A stretch of 64,000 bases of DNA from an uncultured delta proteobacterium (GTDB lineage Bacteria; Myxococcota_A; Polyangia; Polyangiales; B10-G4). The DNA lies in the NCBI GenBank assembly GCA_963727445.1, contig CAVSGI010000009.1:416001-480000 (forward strand), written 5' to 3'. The position numbers and the translations under genes were made by a program. Positions 9,866 through 19,505 of the stretch are shown piece by piece. Numbering within the stretch: position 1 is the first letter of the stretch; each line of letters begins with the position of its first letter. The notes beneath the pieces were generated by a model. It saw only the letters and a list, made by a program, of their open reading frames with translations, did not search any database and was not told where the DNA came from.

Positions 9866-12286
9866 TTGCCCCGCCGCATCGCCGACTTCGTGACGCGTTA
9901 CCCGAGGGCCATCCTCGTGGTGACGCTCGCGCTGACGATCGCGGTCGCCACCCAGATCCCCGGTATCGAGCGGAATCCTTCGCCGGAGGACATGATCGCG
10001 TCCTTCGCGGATTACGAGGCGATCCGGGATTGCTTCGAAGCGGACTTCGGCAACACCGACCAGGTCGCGCTCCTCCTCGTCGAGGCCAATGACGTCACCG
10101 CGCTGCCGGTGCTGAGCTACGTCGACGAGCTGACGCGGCACTTCGAGAGCGTCGAGGGGATCCGTCGCGTCGAGAGCATCACCAAGACGCCGATTGAGAA
10201 GCCGCCCGCCGAGGAGGTGATGAATCTCGACTCCTTCGAGGAGGAGAGCGAGGAGGACGACCTTCCTCAGGACGTGATGGACGCGATGCTCACCCTCACC
10301 GAGGCCGCGCCCGAGCGGTTTCCCCTGGGGCTGACGAGCATCTCCGAGCGCCGGGACGAGATCGCCCCACGGCCCGTGGTCGAAGGCGACCACGTCACTG
10401 AAGAGGACGTCCGCGATCTGCGCGCCGCCCTCGCGGACATGCCCCTCGTGGTCGGCAAGATCATCAGCGCCGACAAAGAGGTGACCACCGTCGCCCTCTC
10501 GCTGCCCACCGATCACGCCGCGCGCCGCGCCCTCATCGACGAGATCGACATCTGGCTCGACGCGCATCCACCGCCCGAGGGCGTGGAGCTGCACCGCGGG
10601 GGCCTGCCCTACGTGCGCGCGCGCATCGTGGCCAAGATGCAGCGCGACAACCGCGTGCTCCTGCCGCTCACCCTCGTCGTGTGCATGGTCCTGCTCTTCG
10701 TCTCCTTTCGCTCGCTGGCTGGGACGATCTACCCGTTGCTCACGGTCGGCATCACCGCCGCGCTCCTGGTCGGCGGCATGGCGATCGCGCACCAGCCGAT
10801 GACGATCCTCACCAACATCGTCCCGCCTCTGTTGATCATCATCGGCATCAGCGACTCCATCCACATCGTGGGTCGCTTCCGGGACGAGCTCCGCGATCGC
10901 GGCGACCGCAAAGAGGCCCTGCACCACACCGTCCGGGCGATGGCTACCGCCTGCTTCCTCACGTCGCTCACCACAGCCATCGGGATCGCGTCTCTCGTCG
11001 TCTCGAGCACGGTCGGGTTTCGCCACTTCGCGGTGATCGCCTCCATCGGCGTGATGGTCGCTTACCTCGTGACCATCACCTTCTTGCCCTCCGCGCTCGG
11101 CGTCTCGAAGGGCCCAGCGCCCGCGCCACCCCCGAAGGAGGCACGCCTGGAGCGCTTCTTGGGCGGCCTGACCGCATGGGTGATCCGCAAGCGGTGGTGG
11201 GTCCTCGGCGCTGCGGGTGTCCTCACCGTGGCAGCGGCGCTCACCGCGCGCTCCCTGGTCGTCGACCACGCGCTGATGGATCAGTTCGACGCGACCGACC
11301 CGATCCACGTCACCACGCACGTCCTCGAAGAACATCTCGAAGGGGTGCGCCCCCTCGAGGTGAGCATTCGCGTGGACGATCCGGCGACCCTCGAGGACCC
11401 GGCGTTCCTCGCCCAGCTCGACCGGGTCCAGGCCTGGGCGAAGCAGCAGCCCTCGGTCCTCGGCGTCTCTTCGCTGACCAGCGTTCTTCACGAGGCGTGG
11501 CGGCAGATCACCGACGACGCGGCCGCGCGCCAGGAGCCTTTCGTCTCCGCGGCTCAGGTCGGCGCTCTCGAGACCCTGCTCCGGCGGGGCGAGTACGACG
11601 CCCTCGGGCACTACCTCACGGGAGACGGTCGCCACGCGCGGCTTCGCATCATGGTCGCCGACATCGGCGCTCAGGCGACGATGGCGCTCATCGGCCAGCT
11701 CCAGACGGAGCTCGCGCCGCTCGAAGAGCGCGCACGTGTCAGCCTCACCGGCGAGGCGTTCACCGGCTCGGTCGGTACCGAGGCGGTGGTGACGGACATC
11801 ATGCGCAGCCTCGGCGTCGCCATCCTGATCATCTTCGTGGTGCTCACCATCCTCTTCCGAAGCCTGCGCCTCGGGCTCCTCTCCATCCCGCCCAACATCA
11901 TCCCCCTGGTGGGCGCGATGGCCTGGATGGTCATCCGCGGCATTCCCCTGAACATCGCGACCGGCGTCATCTTCTCCATCTCCATCGGCCTCGCCGTCGA
12001 CGGGACGATCCACGTGCTCGCGCGCTTTCGCGAAGAGCGGCACAAGGGGCTCGGCAAGAACGTGTCGCTGATACGCGCGGCCCGCGGCACCGGGCGCGCC
12101 ATCGTCGTCAGCTGCGTCACCCTCATGCTCGGCTTCGGCGCGCTGCTCTTGAGCGGCTTCGTGCCCGTGCGCCACTTCGGCGAGCTGATCGCCGTGACCG
12201 CCTCCTTCTGCCTGATATCGACGGTGCTGGTGCAGCCTGCGCTGCTTCGCGTCGGCGCCGGCGCGCTCTCCGACGTCGACGACTGA
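9866..12286 (+). CDS. MMPL/RND-superfamily transporter (hydrophobic substrate exporter)
   Basis: Two TM + large loop + 5 TM halves; GISDSIHI and GLAVDGTIH (GxxxD) motifs; TGRAIVVSCVTLMLGFGAL. Confidence 0.9.
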   Translation: MPRRIADFVTRYPRAILVVTLALTIAVATQIPGIERNPSPEDMIASFADYEAIRDCFEADFGNTDQVALLLVEANDVTALPVLSYVDELTRHFESVEGIRRVESITKTPIEKPPAEEVMNLDSFEEESEEDDLPQDVMDAMLTLTEAAPERFPLGLTSISERRDEIAPRPVVEGDHVTEEDVRDLRAALADMPLVVGKIISADKEVTTVALSLPTDHAARRALIDEIDIWLDAHPPPEGVELHRGGLPYVRARIVAKMQRDNRVLLPLTLVVCMVLLFVSFRSLAGTIYPLLTVGITAALLVGGMAIAHQPMTILTNIVPPLLIIIGISDSIHIVGRFRDELRDRGDRKEALHHTVRAMATACFLTSLTTAIGIASLVVSSTVGFRHFAVIASIGVMVAYLVTITFLPSALGVSKGPAPAPPPKEARLERFLGGLTAWVIRKRWWVLGAAGVLTVAAALTARSLVVDHALMDQFDATDPIHVTTHVLEEHLEGVRPLEVSIRVDDPATLEDPAFLAQLDRVQAWAKQQPSVLGVSSLTSVLHEAWRQITDDAAARQEPFVSAAQVGALETLLRRGEYDALGHYLTGDGRHARLRIMVADIGAQATMALIGQLQTELAPLEERARVSLTGEAFTGSVGTEAVVTDIMRSLGVAILIIFVVLTILFRSLRLGLLSIPPNIIPLVGAMAWMVIRGIPLNIATGVIFSISIGLAVDGTIHVLARFREERHKGLGKNVSLIRAARGTGRAIVVSCVTLMLGFGALLLSGFVPVRHFGELIAVTASFCLISTVLVQPALLRVGAGALSDVDD

Positions 12287-12295
12287 GGTCTCGCC

Positions 12296-12737
12296 TCAGC
12301 CCTCGCGGCGCGGCACCTCTTCACCGTTGATGACGAGCACGCTACCGAGCTCGACCGCGGGCGCGAGGGTGGCCCAGATCCCGCAGTACTTGTCCTCGGT
12401 GAGGTCGAGGGCACGCCGAATCTTGTTCAGCGGCAGGTCGTCTCCGTCGATCAGATAGCGAAGCTCGGCCTTCAAGAAACGCTTGGGGTGCTCGTCCGCG
12501 GTCTGACCGCCGGCCTCGACCACCAGCCGCGTGAAGGGCACGCGCATCTTGCCGAGGATGGATGCGACATCCATGGCCGCGCACCCCGACAGGGAAACGA
12601 GCAGAAGCGGCTTCGGGCGCGGCCCGAGCCCGCGTCCCCCGTGCGCCTCCGCCGAGTCGATGGTGAAGTGGTGTCCGTCGAGGTCGACGTCGAAGGCCAG
12701 CCCATCTTTCCAGCTGACCACGGCTTTCAGAATCCAT
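12296..12737 (-). CDS. OsmC/YhfA-family protein; probable true start at 12737 with a +1 frameshift at about 12730-12734
   Basis: GPRPKPLLLVSLSGCAAMDV and DKYCGI motifs; GGAGG-5nt-ATG at 12737 is one base out of frame, and removing one base of GATTC gives MDLKAVVSWKDG. Confidence 0.88.
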
Positions 12738-12860
12738 CTCTGCCTCCAGTCTTGCAGTTAAGCACACCGTCGATGAGGCCAAGCACCCGAAATCCGTGGG
12801 CCCGCGCCGGTCTGTAACTCTGCACCCCGACCCTGGTTGCCGTGGGGATCGGCGGGGTGC

Positions 12861-13610
12861 ATGCTGCGCGGCGTGGAAGGGAACGAGAGCGCCGCACGCG
12901 CCGCCATCCGCCGCATGCGCGACACCCTCGAAGGGGGTCTCGGCCCGGACGATGCCCGGGCGCTCCTCTTCGATGCGCTGACGGAGTGGGGACCTTCGAT
13001 CCCGATCACCTGGGCCGAGCTGAACCAGTTCGTCCACGGCCCTCTCGAGCGCCTCCTCGTCCGCTACATGGATCCCAAGACCGCACCGCGGTTCATGTCC
13101 CAGCTCGACGACGCGCTCGACGTCGCGGGCGACGAGCCGCAGCGGCGCTCCTCGGTCGTTCCCCCACCTTCTTCCCCGCTCACCGCCACGGCGCATCCCG
13201 CCAGCGCGGCGAGCACCTGGACCATGAAGCCGATCCCGGGAAAGGCGGTGCGCGTCCTGCTCGTCTCCTCGCGCGAGTCGATCGGCGACATGCTCGAGTT
13301 GGCGCTCGGTCGCGACCTGGTCAAGCCGGTCCTCGCGGACCCTCCGTCGATGATCTCCGAGTGGGTGAAGAACCACAGCGACGTGGTGGTGGTCGACGGC
13401 GTCAAGCCGCCCGCCATCGCACCCCACGAGCTGGTCGGCCTCCTGGAAGGCGCCTCGCGCGACGTCTGGCTCGCGGTGTGGGGCGCCGACGAGCCCTACG
13501 GCGAGCAGGTCGCCCAGGGGCTCTCGGCCGCGGACGTGCACTGCGTTCCCGTCCCGCGCAAAGAGGGCATCGCGCCCTTCATCGACCTGGTTCGCGCGCG
13601 TCGCGGCTGA
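12861..13610 (+). CDS. Hypothetical protein with a helical N-terminal domain, Pro/Ser linker and receiver-like C-terminal domain
   Basis: VRVLLVSS...VVVVDG...LAVWGA...CVPVPRK follows the beta/alpha CheY-like pattern; start uncertain (12837-12873). Confidence 0.6.
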   Translation: MLRGVEGNESAARAAIRRMRDTLEGGLGPDDARALLFDALTEWGPSIPITWAELNQFVHGPLERLLVRYMDPKTAPRFMSQLDDALDVAGDEPQRRSSVVPPPSSPLTATAHPASAASTWTMKPIPGKAVRVLLVSSRESIGDMLELALGRDLVKPVLADPPSMISEWVKNHSDVVVVDGVKPPAIAPHELVGLLEGASRDVWLAVWGADEPYGEQVAQGLSAADVHCVPVPRKEGIAPFIDLVRARRG

Positions 13611-13631
13611 ATGAGTGCTCTGCGGCGCCGC

Positions 13632-14093
13632 TCACTCCGGCGGCGGAGGCATCATGCTTTCGTGACGCTGCTTCGACAGCGTGGAGATCGCCCAGGCGAC
13701 GACGTCGGCCTCGGTGAGGATGCCGACCAGCTCCTCGCCGTCCACCACCAGCGTGCAGCCGATCTTGCGATCGAGCATGGCGCGCATGGCGTCGTCCGCC
13801 GGGGTGTCCGGCGGGCAGGTGAGGAGGTCCTTCGACATGAACTCGCTCACCCGAACGCGCACCAGGCGCTCCTCGTCGTCGTCAGGCACCTTCGCGGCCT
13901 TGGCGAGGAGCCGGATCTGCGCGCGCATGAAGTCGCGATGGGTCACGAGGCCGACGAGCTTCTTCCCGTTCACCACCGGGACGTGCCGGATGAAGCGGAG
14001 GTCCATGATCTGCTGGGCCGAGATGAAGTCCGCGTCTTCGTTCAGCGTGAACACGTCCCTCGTCATGAGATCGGAAACCGTGGTGATGTTCAT
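13632..14093 (-). CDS. CBS-domain pair protein
   Basis: VSDLMTRDVFTL...IRHVPVV..KLVGLVTHRD and VSEFMSKD...IGCTLVV..ELVGILTEAD; TATGCT and GGGGAG upstream. Confidence 0.93.
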   Translation of the reverse strand: MNITTVSDLMTRDVFTLNEDADFISAQQIMDLRFIRHVPVVNGKKLVGLVTHRDFMRAQIRLLAKAAKVPDDDEERLVRVRVSEFMSKDLLTCPPDTPADDAMRAMLDRKIGCTLVVDGEELVGILTEADVVAWAISTLSKQRHESMMPPPPE

Positions 14094-14118
14094 GGCTCGC
14101 TCCCCATTCGAGCATACC

Positions 14119-14928
14119 TCACTCGTTCTCGGCGCCGGGAACCCGGCAGGTGCTGGGCCTCACCGACCCGTCGGGCCACCGCACCGAGGTCGTGCCGACC
14201 TCTCGCCCAGCGATGCGCGCGACCTTCAGCACGGAGGCGTCGGCCTGCTCGTCGCAGCCGAGATCGCGCGCTTCGGTCAGGGCCTGCACGGCGTCGGGGT
14301 CGCGATCCATTCCGCGGTAGCACCGCGCCGTGCGCCACAGGCCGTAGGCGTAGAGCGGGTGGTCGAGCTGCCCCAGGAAGTAGCGGAAAGCCTCGGCGCC
14401 GTCCTGGTAGTGCTGGAGCTCGAGGGCGATCTCTCCGCGGATGGCCCACATCAGCGTGTAGAGCTCGCCCGCGTCGCGATGACGCGTGGTGAAGCGCTCG
14501 GCGAGGCGCCCGGCGTTACGCGCTGCGCTCCGCCACGCGTTGAAGATCTTCACGAACTCCATCAGTGAGTTCTGAAAGTCGTCTCGACTTCCGCTCGCTG
14601 CCCGGTCCGCATAGCGATTCGAGTCTCGCCGCAGGCGCCTCTTCGCGCGCTCGTCGTGCTCCGCTTCGGCGGCGTACATCAGGCCGATGGCTGCATTGCG
14701 CATGGCCTGTCGCCGCTCTTCGCCTGGAGGCGCATCGCGCACCGCCTGGCGAAACGCGTCGGGATCTCCCGCCGGGCGGGCGAGCGCGGGCGTGCGCACG
14801 GCTGCGACCTCGAGGAGGTAGTTCGGTGGGTCGACGTCGTCGGCGCGAACGCGCGTCGTCGTCTCCGCGCCGCCACATGCGCTCGTCATCGAGGCGAGCA
14901 AGAGGGCGACGAGGGCGAGGACCCTCAC
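14119..14928 (-). CDS. Helical (TPR-like) lipoprotein
   Basis: Lipobox LLASMTSA-C; GEIALELQHYQDGAEAFRY and YAYGLWRTARCYRGM...AVQAL resemble a TPR pair; GTGA overlap with upstream stop. Confidence 0.7.
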   Translation of the reverse strand: MRVLALVALLLASMTSACGGAETTTRVRADDVDPPNYLLEVAAVRTPALARPAGDPDAFRQAVRDAPPGEERRQAMRNAAIGLMYAAEAEHDERAKRRLRRDSNRYADRAASGSRDDFQNSLMEFVKIFNAWRSAARNAGRLAERFTTRHRDAGELYTLMWAIRGEIALELQHYQDGAEAFRYFLGQLDHPLYAYGLWRTARCYRGMDRDPDAVQALTEARDLGCDEQADASVLKVARIAGREVGTTSVRWPDGSVRPSTCRVPGAENE

Positions 14929-15179
14929 TCCTCCGCCTCCAGGAGCTCTTGATACTTCTCGCTCATCTCCGGGTCTGCCGCGATCTCGTACATCAGCGCT
15001 TCGAAGTCTTCGATCGACATCTCGTGCTCTTGCAGGATGTCCTCGGCGTGTTCCGGGTCGGCGCGGATCTCCCGTGCGATCGCGGCGCCCCGCTCCGCGA
15101 TGTCCTGCGGCTCGCCGTCATCACCACACCCCGTCGCAACGGCGACGAGGAGCAAGAGCGCCGAAAGGACGCGCGTCAT
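14925..15179 (-). CDS. Small acidic lipoprotein (84 aa)
   Basis: Lipobox LLLLVAVATG-CGDD; stop/start overlaps with both neighbours. Confidence 0.75.
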   Translation of the reverse strand: MTRVLSALLLLVAVATGCGDDGEPQDIAERGAAIAREIRADPEHAEDILQEHEMSIEDFEALMYEIAADPEMSEKYQELLEAEE

Positions 15180-15868
15180 CGCATGCCCATGCCGCCGCCA
15201 CCGCGGCCACCGCCCATGCCGCCGCCACCATGTCCCCCGCCGTGGAACGCCATGCCCCCACCGCGGACGCGCACACCACCCATCGGGCCGGGCCCATGGA
15301 CACGCACACCGCCCATCGGGCCATGGACACGGACGCCGCCCATCGGGCCGGGCCCGTGGAGTCGAATGCCGCCCATCGGATGGGCGCCCCGAACGATCAC
15401 GCCACCCATGCCGTGGCCCATCCCCATGTAACCGAGGCGGATCTGCCCGGGCGGACCGTGGTGATCCCGATAATGGCCCTTCATGAACCCGCGGCCCGGG
15501 TGCCCCCGACGGCGATGCTCGACCTCGATCACGTCATAGAGCCGCGGCCCGCGAAAGCCGCCACGGATCTTCACGCCGATGAAGGCGCCGAAGTCCGGGA
15601 TCGGACCGTGGACCTCCACCACCGCGCGGCTGCGAACGAGCATCACCTGCACCTCGGGGGCGGGCAGGCGTGCCGTGCGGACCTCGACGATCGCGGCGCG
15701 CACCTGGGGCGCCGGCACGCCGGAGGCTCGCAGCTCGATGGCGGCGGTGGGCACGAGGATCGCGGCCGAGGCGCGTGCGCTGACGCTCAAGGTCTGCGCG
15801 GCAGCGGGCTTGGGGAGGACGAGGGCGAGCAGCGCCGCCCAGAGAGGAAGGGTCTTGGTGAGGGACAT
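15176..15868 (-). CDS. Secreted protein with a Gly/His/Met/Arg-rich repetitive C-terminus
   Basis: Signal peptide MSLTKTLPLWAALLALVLPKPAAA|Q; globular core, then (HGPG)PMGGVRV repeats and a poly-Gly tail; GGAG upstream of the ATG. Confidence 0.75.
   Translation of the reverse strand: MSLTKTLPLWAALLALVLPKPAAAQTLSVSARASAAILVPTAAIELRASGVPAPQVRAAIVEVRTARLPAPEVQVMLVRSRAVVEVHGPIPDFGAFIGVKIRGGFRGPRLYDVIEVEHRRRGHPGRGFMKGHYRDHHGPPGQIRLGYMGMGHGMGGVIVRGAHPMGGIRLHGPGPMGGVRVHGPMGGVRVHGPGPMGGVRVRGGGMAFHGGGHGGGGMGGGRGGGGMGMR
15266..15382 (-). repeat. Coding tandem repeat of 27/33-nt units, about 4 copies of PMGG(V/I)R(V/L)
   Basis: cccatcgg core recurs four times on the + strand; translation HPMGGIRLHGPGPMGGVRVHGPMGGVRVHGPGPMGGVRV. 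Confidence 0.85.
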
Positions 15869-16085
15869 GACAGCTCCGACGTAGGAGAGCATCGCAGATT
15901 CGGTCGGGTGGTCTCCACTCTCAGCATTTCGGGGAAGATCCCGAGGACCTTCGCGCAAGAGTTGCCCAGGACCGCAAGTGCCCACCGAAGTCCTTCGGAT
16001 CCCTTGTGAAATCAGACGGAACGGGACTCGCAAGAACCAATGGCACCTACATGGTGTCCAGTCGGATGAGGAGGTGCGATTGAGG

Positions 16086-18386
16086 ATGTTCGGTGTCGAT
16101 CTTTGGAAGCTCGCTGCGGGCGTGCTCTTCGTGAGCACCGCGTCTCTGACCTATTACGTCGCCCAGGGGGACGGTGACGCCCACGCCGAGACGACGTTGC
16201 CTCGGACCGAAGACGGAGAGCACCTCGCGCTCGCGCAGGCCGACCTGATCCGGCAGATCCGTAGCGTGTCCGCGGGAACGGCGGACGAGCAGGCGCTGCT
16301 CGACGAGCTCCACGAGACCGAGAACCCGACGCGGGTCGCGCGCATCCTCGATCACCTCGGCTACGTGGGAACGGAAGCGGCGGTGGCGGACATCGCGCCG
16401 CTGATCGAGGACCGCCGCCGCGGCGTTGGCGAGGCCGCCGTCGACGCGCTCGGCCACATCGGCGGACCGTCGGCGACGGACGCGCTCATCGATGTGGTGG
16501 AGCACGGACGGATGCGCCTTCAGGGCATCGCCGCCCGCGCCCTCGCCGACGTCGAGGATCCGCGCGGCATGTCGATGCTCATGTCCCTCGCGCAGGATCG
16601 CAGCAGCCGCCTTCGCTTCGAGGCGATCGCGGCGCTCGGCGAGAGCGGGCGCCCCGAAGCGGTCGACGTGCTCATGGGGCTGACCGACGCCGACTCGCCC
16701 CGCGTGGCGAGCTCCGCCGTCAGCGCCCTCGCGGCGAGCGGCTCCCCCGAAGCCGACGAGTTCCTCGAAGGGCTCGCGCGTCACGGGCAGGGCCGACTTC
16801 GCGCCGAGGCGCTGGCGCTCCTCCCCGACACCTCCGACGGCGAGCTGATGGACCTGTTGATCCAGATGCTCGAGGCCGGCTCTGCCGACGACGCGAGCGC
16901 CGCCGCCTACGCGCTCAGTCAGTCCGACAATCCCGAGGCTCTCGCAGCGCTCCAGGGCTGCGCCTTCAGCTCGCCCTCGGGTGCACGGGAGACCTGCATT
17001 CGCTCCCTCGCCCAGTACGGCGGCGCCGAGGCCACCGCGACGCTCGAGGACCTCTTCACCACCGGCGATCAGTCGACGAAGTACTACGCGGCCGGCGGCC
17101 TCGCCGAGCTCGGCAGCCCGGCGGCGATCGACTTCTTGACCCAGCAGCTTCGCGGCGGGGATGCGAACGGGCGCCGGGCCGCGCTCTCGAGCCTGCAGAT
17201 GATCGGCGGGCCCGAGGTCGAGGCCGAGATGCTCGCGCTCCTCGACGAGACCGGCGGCAGCGACCGGATGATGGCGCTCGAGTACCTCCTTCAGACCGGC
17301 AACGAGGAGGCCTTCGCGCAGGTCGTCGAGATGACCGAGGGGGGCGGCATGCAGGCGGGCCAGGGCTTTCAGATGCTCGCTTCGCTCGGCACGCCGGAGG
17401 CGATCGAGGTGCTGAAGGACGTGGCCGAAAACGGCTCCGGCAACTCACGCCTCGAAGCCCTCCGCGCGCTCACGATGGGCCCCATCGATTCGGACACGGT
17501 GGCGCTGCTCGAGGGGTGTATCGAGGGCGGGCGGCCGGCGGAGGTGGAGGTCGCCGCGTACGCGCTGGCGCGCAGCGGCGACCGCGACTCGCGATCGATG
17601 CTCGTCGACCTCGTCCGCTCCGACAATCCGCAGGTGGTGCAGGCCGGGATCGGCGCGCTGTCCCAGATGGCGGGCCAGGACGTGGACGCCGCCCTCACCG
17701 AGGTGGCGCAATCCGGCGACCCGCAGGTGCGGAGCTACGCGCTCAGCATCCTCGGGCAGCGCTCGGGTGAAGACGCGCTCCGCGTCGTCACCGACGCCCT
17801 CGGCGACGAGGACCCGAGCGTGGCGCGCACCGCGGCGCTCACCCTCGCGCAGATGGGCAGCGACGAAGCGCGGAGCGCTCTCGCGGGCGTGGTGCGACAG
17901 GGCGATCCCGAGGTGCGCGCCTCCGCGATCGCGAGCCTGGGGATGTCGGGCTCGACGAACGAAAACGTCGATCTGCTCGTCGAGGTCAGCGGCGACCCGG
18001 AGCCGCGCGTGCGCGCCGCGGCCATGAGCACCCTCGGCTCCATCGGCAGTGACCAGGCGGTCGACGTCCTCCTCGGCGGTATGCGCGACGAGGACCCGGA
18101 GGTGCGGGCGGCGGCGATCTCCGGCCTGTCCATGTCCGCTGGGGATCGCGCCAGCGACGCGATCATCACCGCGGTCGGCAATCGCGATCCCACGGTCGCC
18201 GAGCGCGCCATCTGGGCGAGCCAGAGCCTCGGCGACGTCGCCCTCGACGCGCTCCTGAGCCGCCTCTACGACAACCGCGCGCCCGAGAACATCCGTCGGA
18301 GCTCGGCGATGGCGCTCCAGCGACTCGGCGCCCCGCTGTCGGCGCGGGATCAGTCGTTGATCGAGGAGCTGCTCTCGCCGACCTGA
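16086..18386 (+). CDS. Membrane-anchored HEAT-repeat (PBS-lyase-like) solenoid protein
   Basis: N-terminal hydrophobic segment, then repeats of about 31 aa (D.DP.VR..A..ALG) across the whole length. Confidence 0.88.
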   Translation: MFGVDLWKLAAGVLFVSTASLTYYVAQGDGDAHAETTLPRTEDGEHLALAQADLIRQIRSVSAGTADEQALLDELHETENPTRVARILDHLGYVGTEAAVADIAPLIEDRRRGVGEAAVDALGHIGGPSATDALIDVVEHGRMRLQGIAARALADVEDPRGMSMLMSLAQDRSSRLRFEAIAALGESGRPEAVDVLMGLTDADSPRVASSAVSALAASGSPEADEFLEGLARHGQGRLRAEALALLPDTSDGELMDLLIQMLEAGSADDASAAAYALSQSDNPEALAALQGCAFSSPSGARETCIRSLAQYGGAEATATLEDLFTTGDQSTKYYAAGGLAELGSPAAIDFLTQQLRGGDANGRRAALSSLQMIGGPEVEAEMLALLDETGGSDRMMALEYLLQTGNEEAFAQVVEMTEGGGMQAGQGFQMLASLGTPEAIEVLKDVAENGSGNSRLEALRALTMGPIDSDTVALLEGCIEGGRPAEVEVAAYALARSGDRDSRSMLVDLVRSDNPQVVQAGIGALSQMAGQDVDAALTEVAQSGDPQVRSYALSILGQRSGEDALRVVTDALGDEDPSVARTAALTLAQMGSDEARSALAGVVRQGDPEVRASAIASLGMSGSTNENVDLLVEVSGDPEPRVRAAAMSTLGSIGSDQAVDVLLGGMRDEDPEVRAAAISGLSMSAGDRASDAIITAVGNRDPTVAERAIWASQSLGDVALDALLSRLYDNRAPENIRRSSAMALQRLGAPLSARDQSLIEELLSPT

Positions 18387-19369
18387 GCTTCCGCCGCCGC
18401 GGGCAGATGGCGGTCCAGGAAGTCGAAGGTGTGGACCCAGCAGGCGCGCGCGTTCTTGCGCATGACGAAGGCGTGGAACGCGTGCACCTCGCCCACGTAG
18501 TAGCGATCTTCCGCCACCGCGCCGAGCGCGCGGTAGGCGCGGCCCAGGCGCCGGGTGTCGTCCAGGAGCGGGTCCTTGGTGCCCACCGGCAGGAACGCGG
18601 GCGGTAGTGGACGCTTCGGGATCTCACCCCGCTCGAGCCAGGGGAGGGGATCGGCGAAGTCGAGGGTGGAGCCGTGACGCGTATGATCGGCACCCAGGTA
18701 GGATTGGTTCACTTCCTCGAGGCGGTCCGCGAGGAAGCGGGGAAACTTCTCCTTGCGTCGCACGAAGCGGCCCGGGTCCGTGACTTGAAAGATCCCACAG
18801 GCCGGAAGGACCACCTTCGGAACCACGCCGGCGTCGAAGGCGCGCCGCGCGAAGGGCTCCTCGCGCTCGTAGACGGTGGACAGGGTGGCGCCGAGCGCGA
18901 GGTTCGCGCCGGCGGACTCTCCGGCGATCACCAGGCGATCGAGATCACCGCCCCAGCGCTCCGCGTGCTGGCGAACCCAATCGAAGGCCAGGGCCACGTC
19001 TTCGACGGCCGTGGGGAAGCGGTGGTCGGGCGCCAGACGGTAGCCCACGTTGAAGACCACGAAGCCGCGCCGTGCGAAGGCCAGGCCCATGATCCAGTGG
19101 GTGTCCTTGCTCAGGATGCGGAAGCCGCCCCCGTGGATGTAGAGCACCACGGGCAACAGGCCCTGGCGATCCTTGGGGCGATAGACGTCGAGGCGATGGG
19201 CGGGGTGGCTGCTCGCATCGTCATAGGAGATGTCTCGGATGACCTCGACCCCGTGGCGGTCCGGCGCGGCCAGGGGGTGGAGCTTGCCGAGGCGGGAGGC
19301 GCCGCGGAAGAAGCCGTCGACCACGGTGGCACCGGCGCGGCGACGCGCCCGATCCAGGGACGTTTTCAT
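18350..19369 (-). CDS. Alpha/beta hydrolase, HSL-family esterase/lipase
   Basis: HGGGF oxyanion motif, YRLAP..FP, GESAG nucleophile elbow, KDPLLD and VHAF for Asp and His; 3' end overlaps the convergent HEAT gene by 37 bp. Confidence 0.93.
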   Translation of the reverse strand: MKTSLDRARRRAGATVVDGFFRGASRLGKLHPLAAPDRHGVEVIRDISYDDASSHPAHRLDVYRPKDRQGLLPVVLYIHGGGFRILSKDTHWIMGLAFARRGFVVFNVGYRLAPDHRFPTAVEDVALAFDWVRQHAERWGGDLDRLVIAGESAGANLALGATLSTVYEREEPFARRAFDAGVVPKVVLPACGIFQVTDPGRFVRRKEKFPRFLADRLEEVNQSYLGADHTRHGSTLDFADPLPWLERGEIPKRPLPPAFLPVGTKDPLLDDTRRLGRAYRALGAVAEDRYYVGEVHAFHAFVMRKNARACWVHTFDFLDRHLPAAAEAQVGESSSSIND

Positions 19370-19505
19370 CTCCGCGCAGCATGTCGCCTCCGGGAGCGAG
19401 CCTCAACCAGGACGTGTGGACGTTCGGCTACATGGTCTCGGCTGGGATCTGACACGACGTGGCACAGATCCGGGGCTGAGAGCGGGTCCGAGACACCGAT
19501 CCGCG

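Noticed and set aside
16041..16056. TGGCAC as a sigma-54 promoter for the HEAT gene
   Set aside because: No GC at the -12 position (TGGCACCTACATGGTG)
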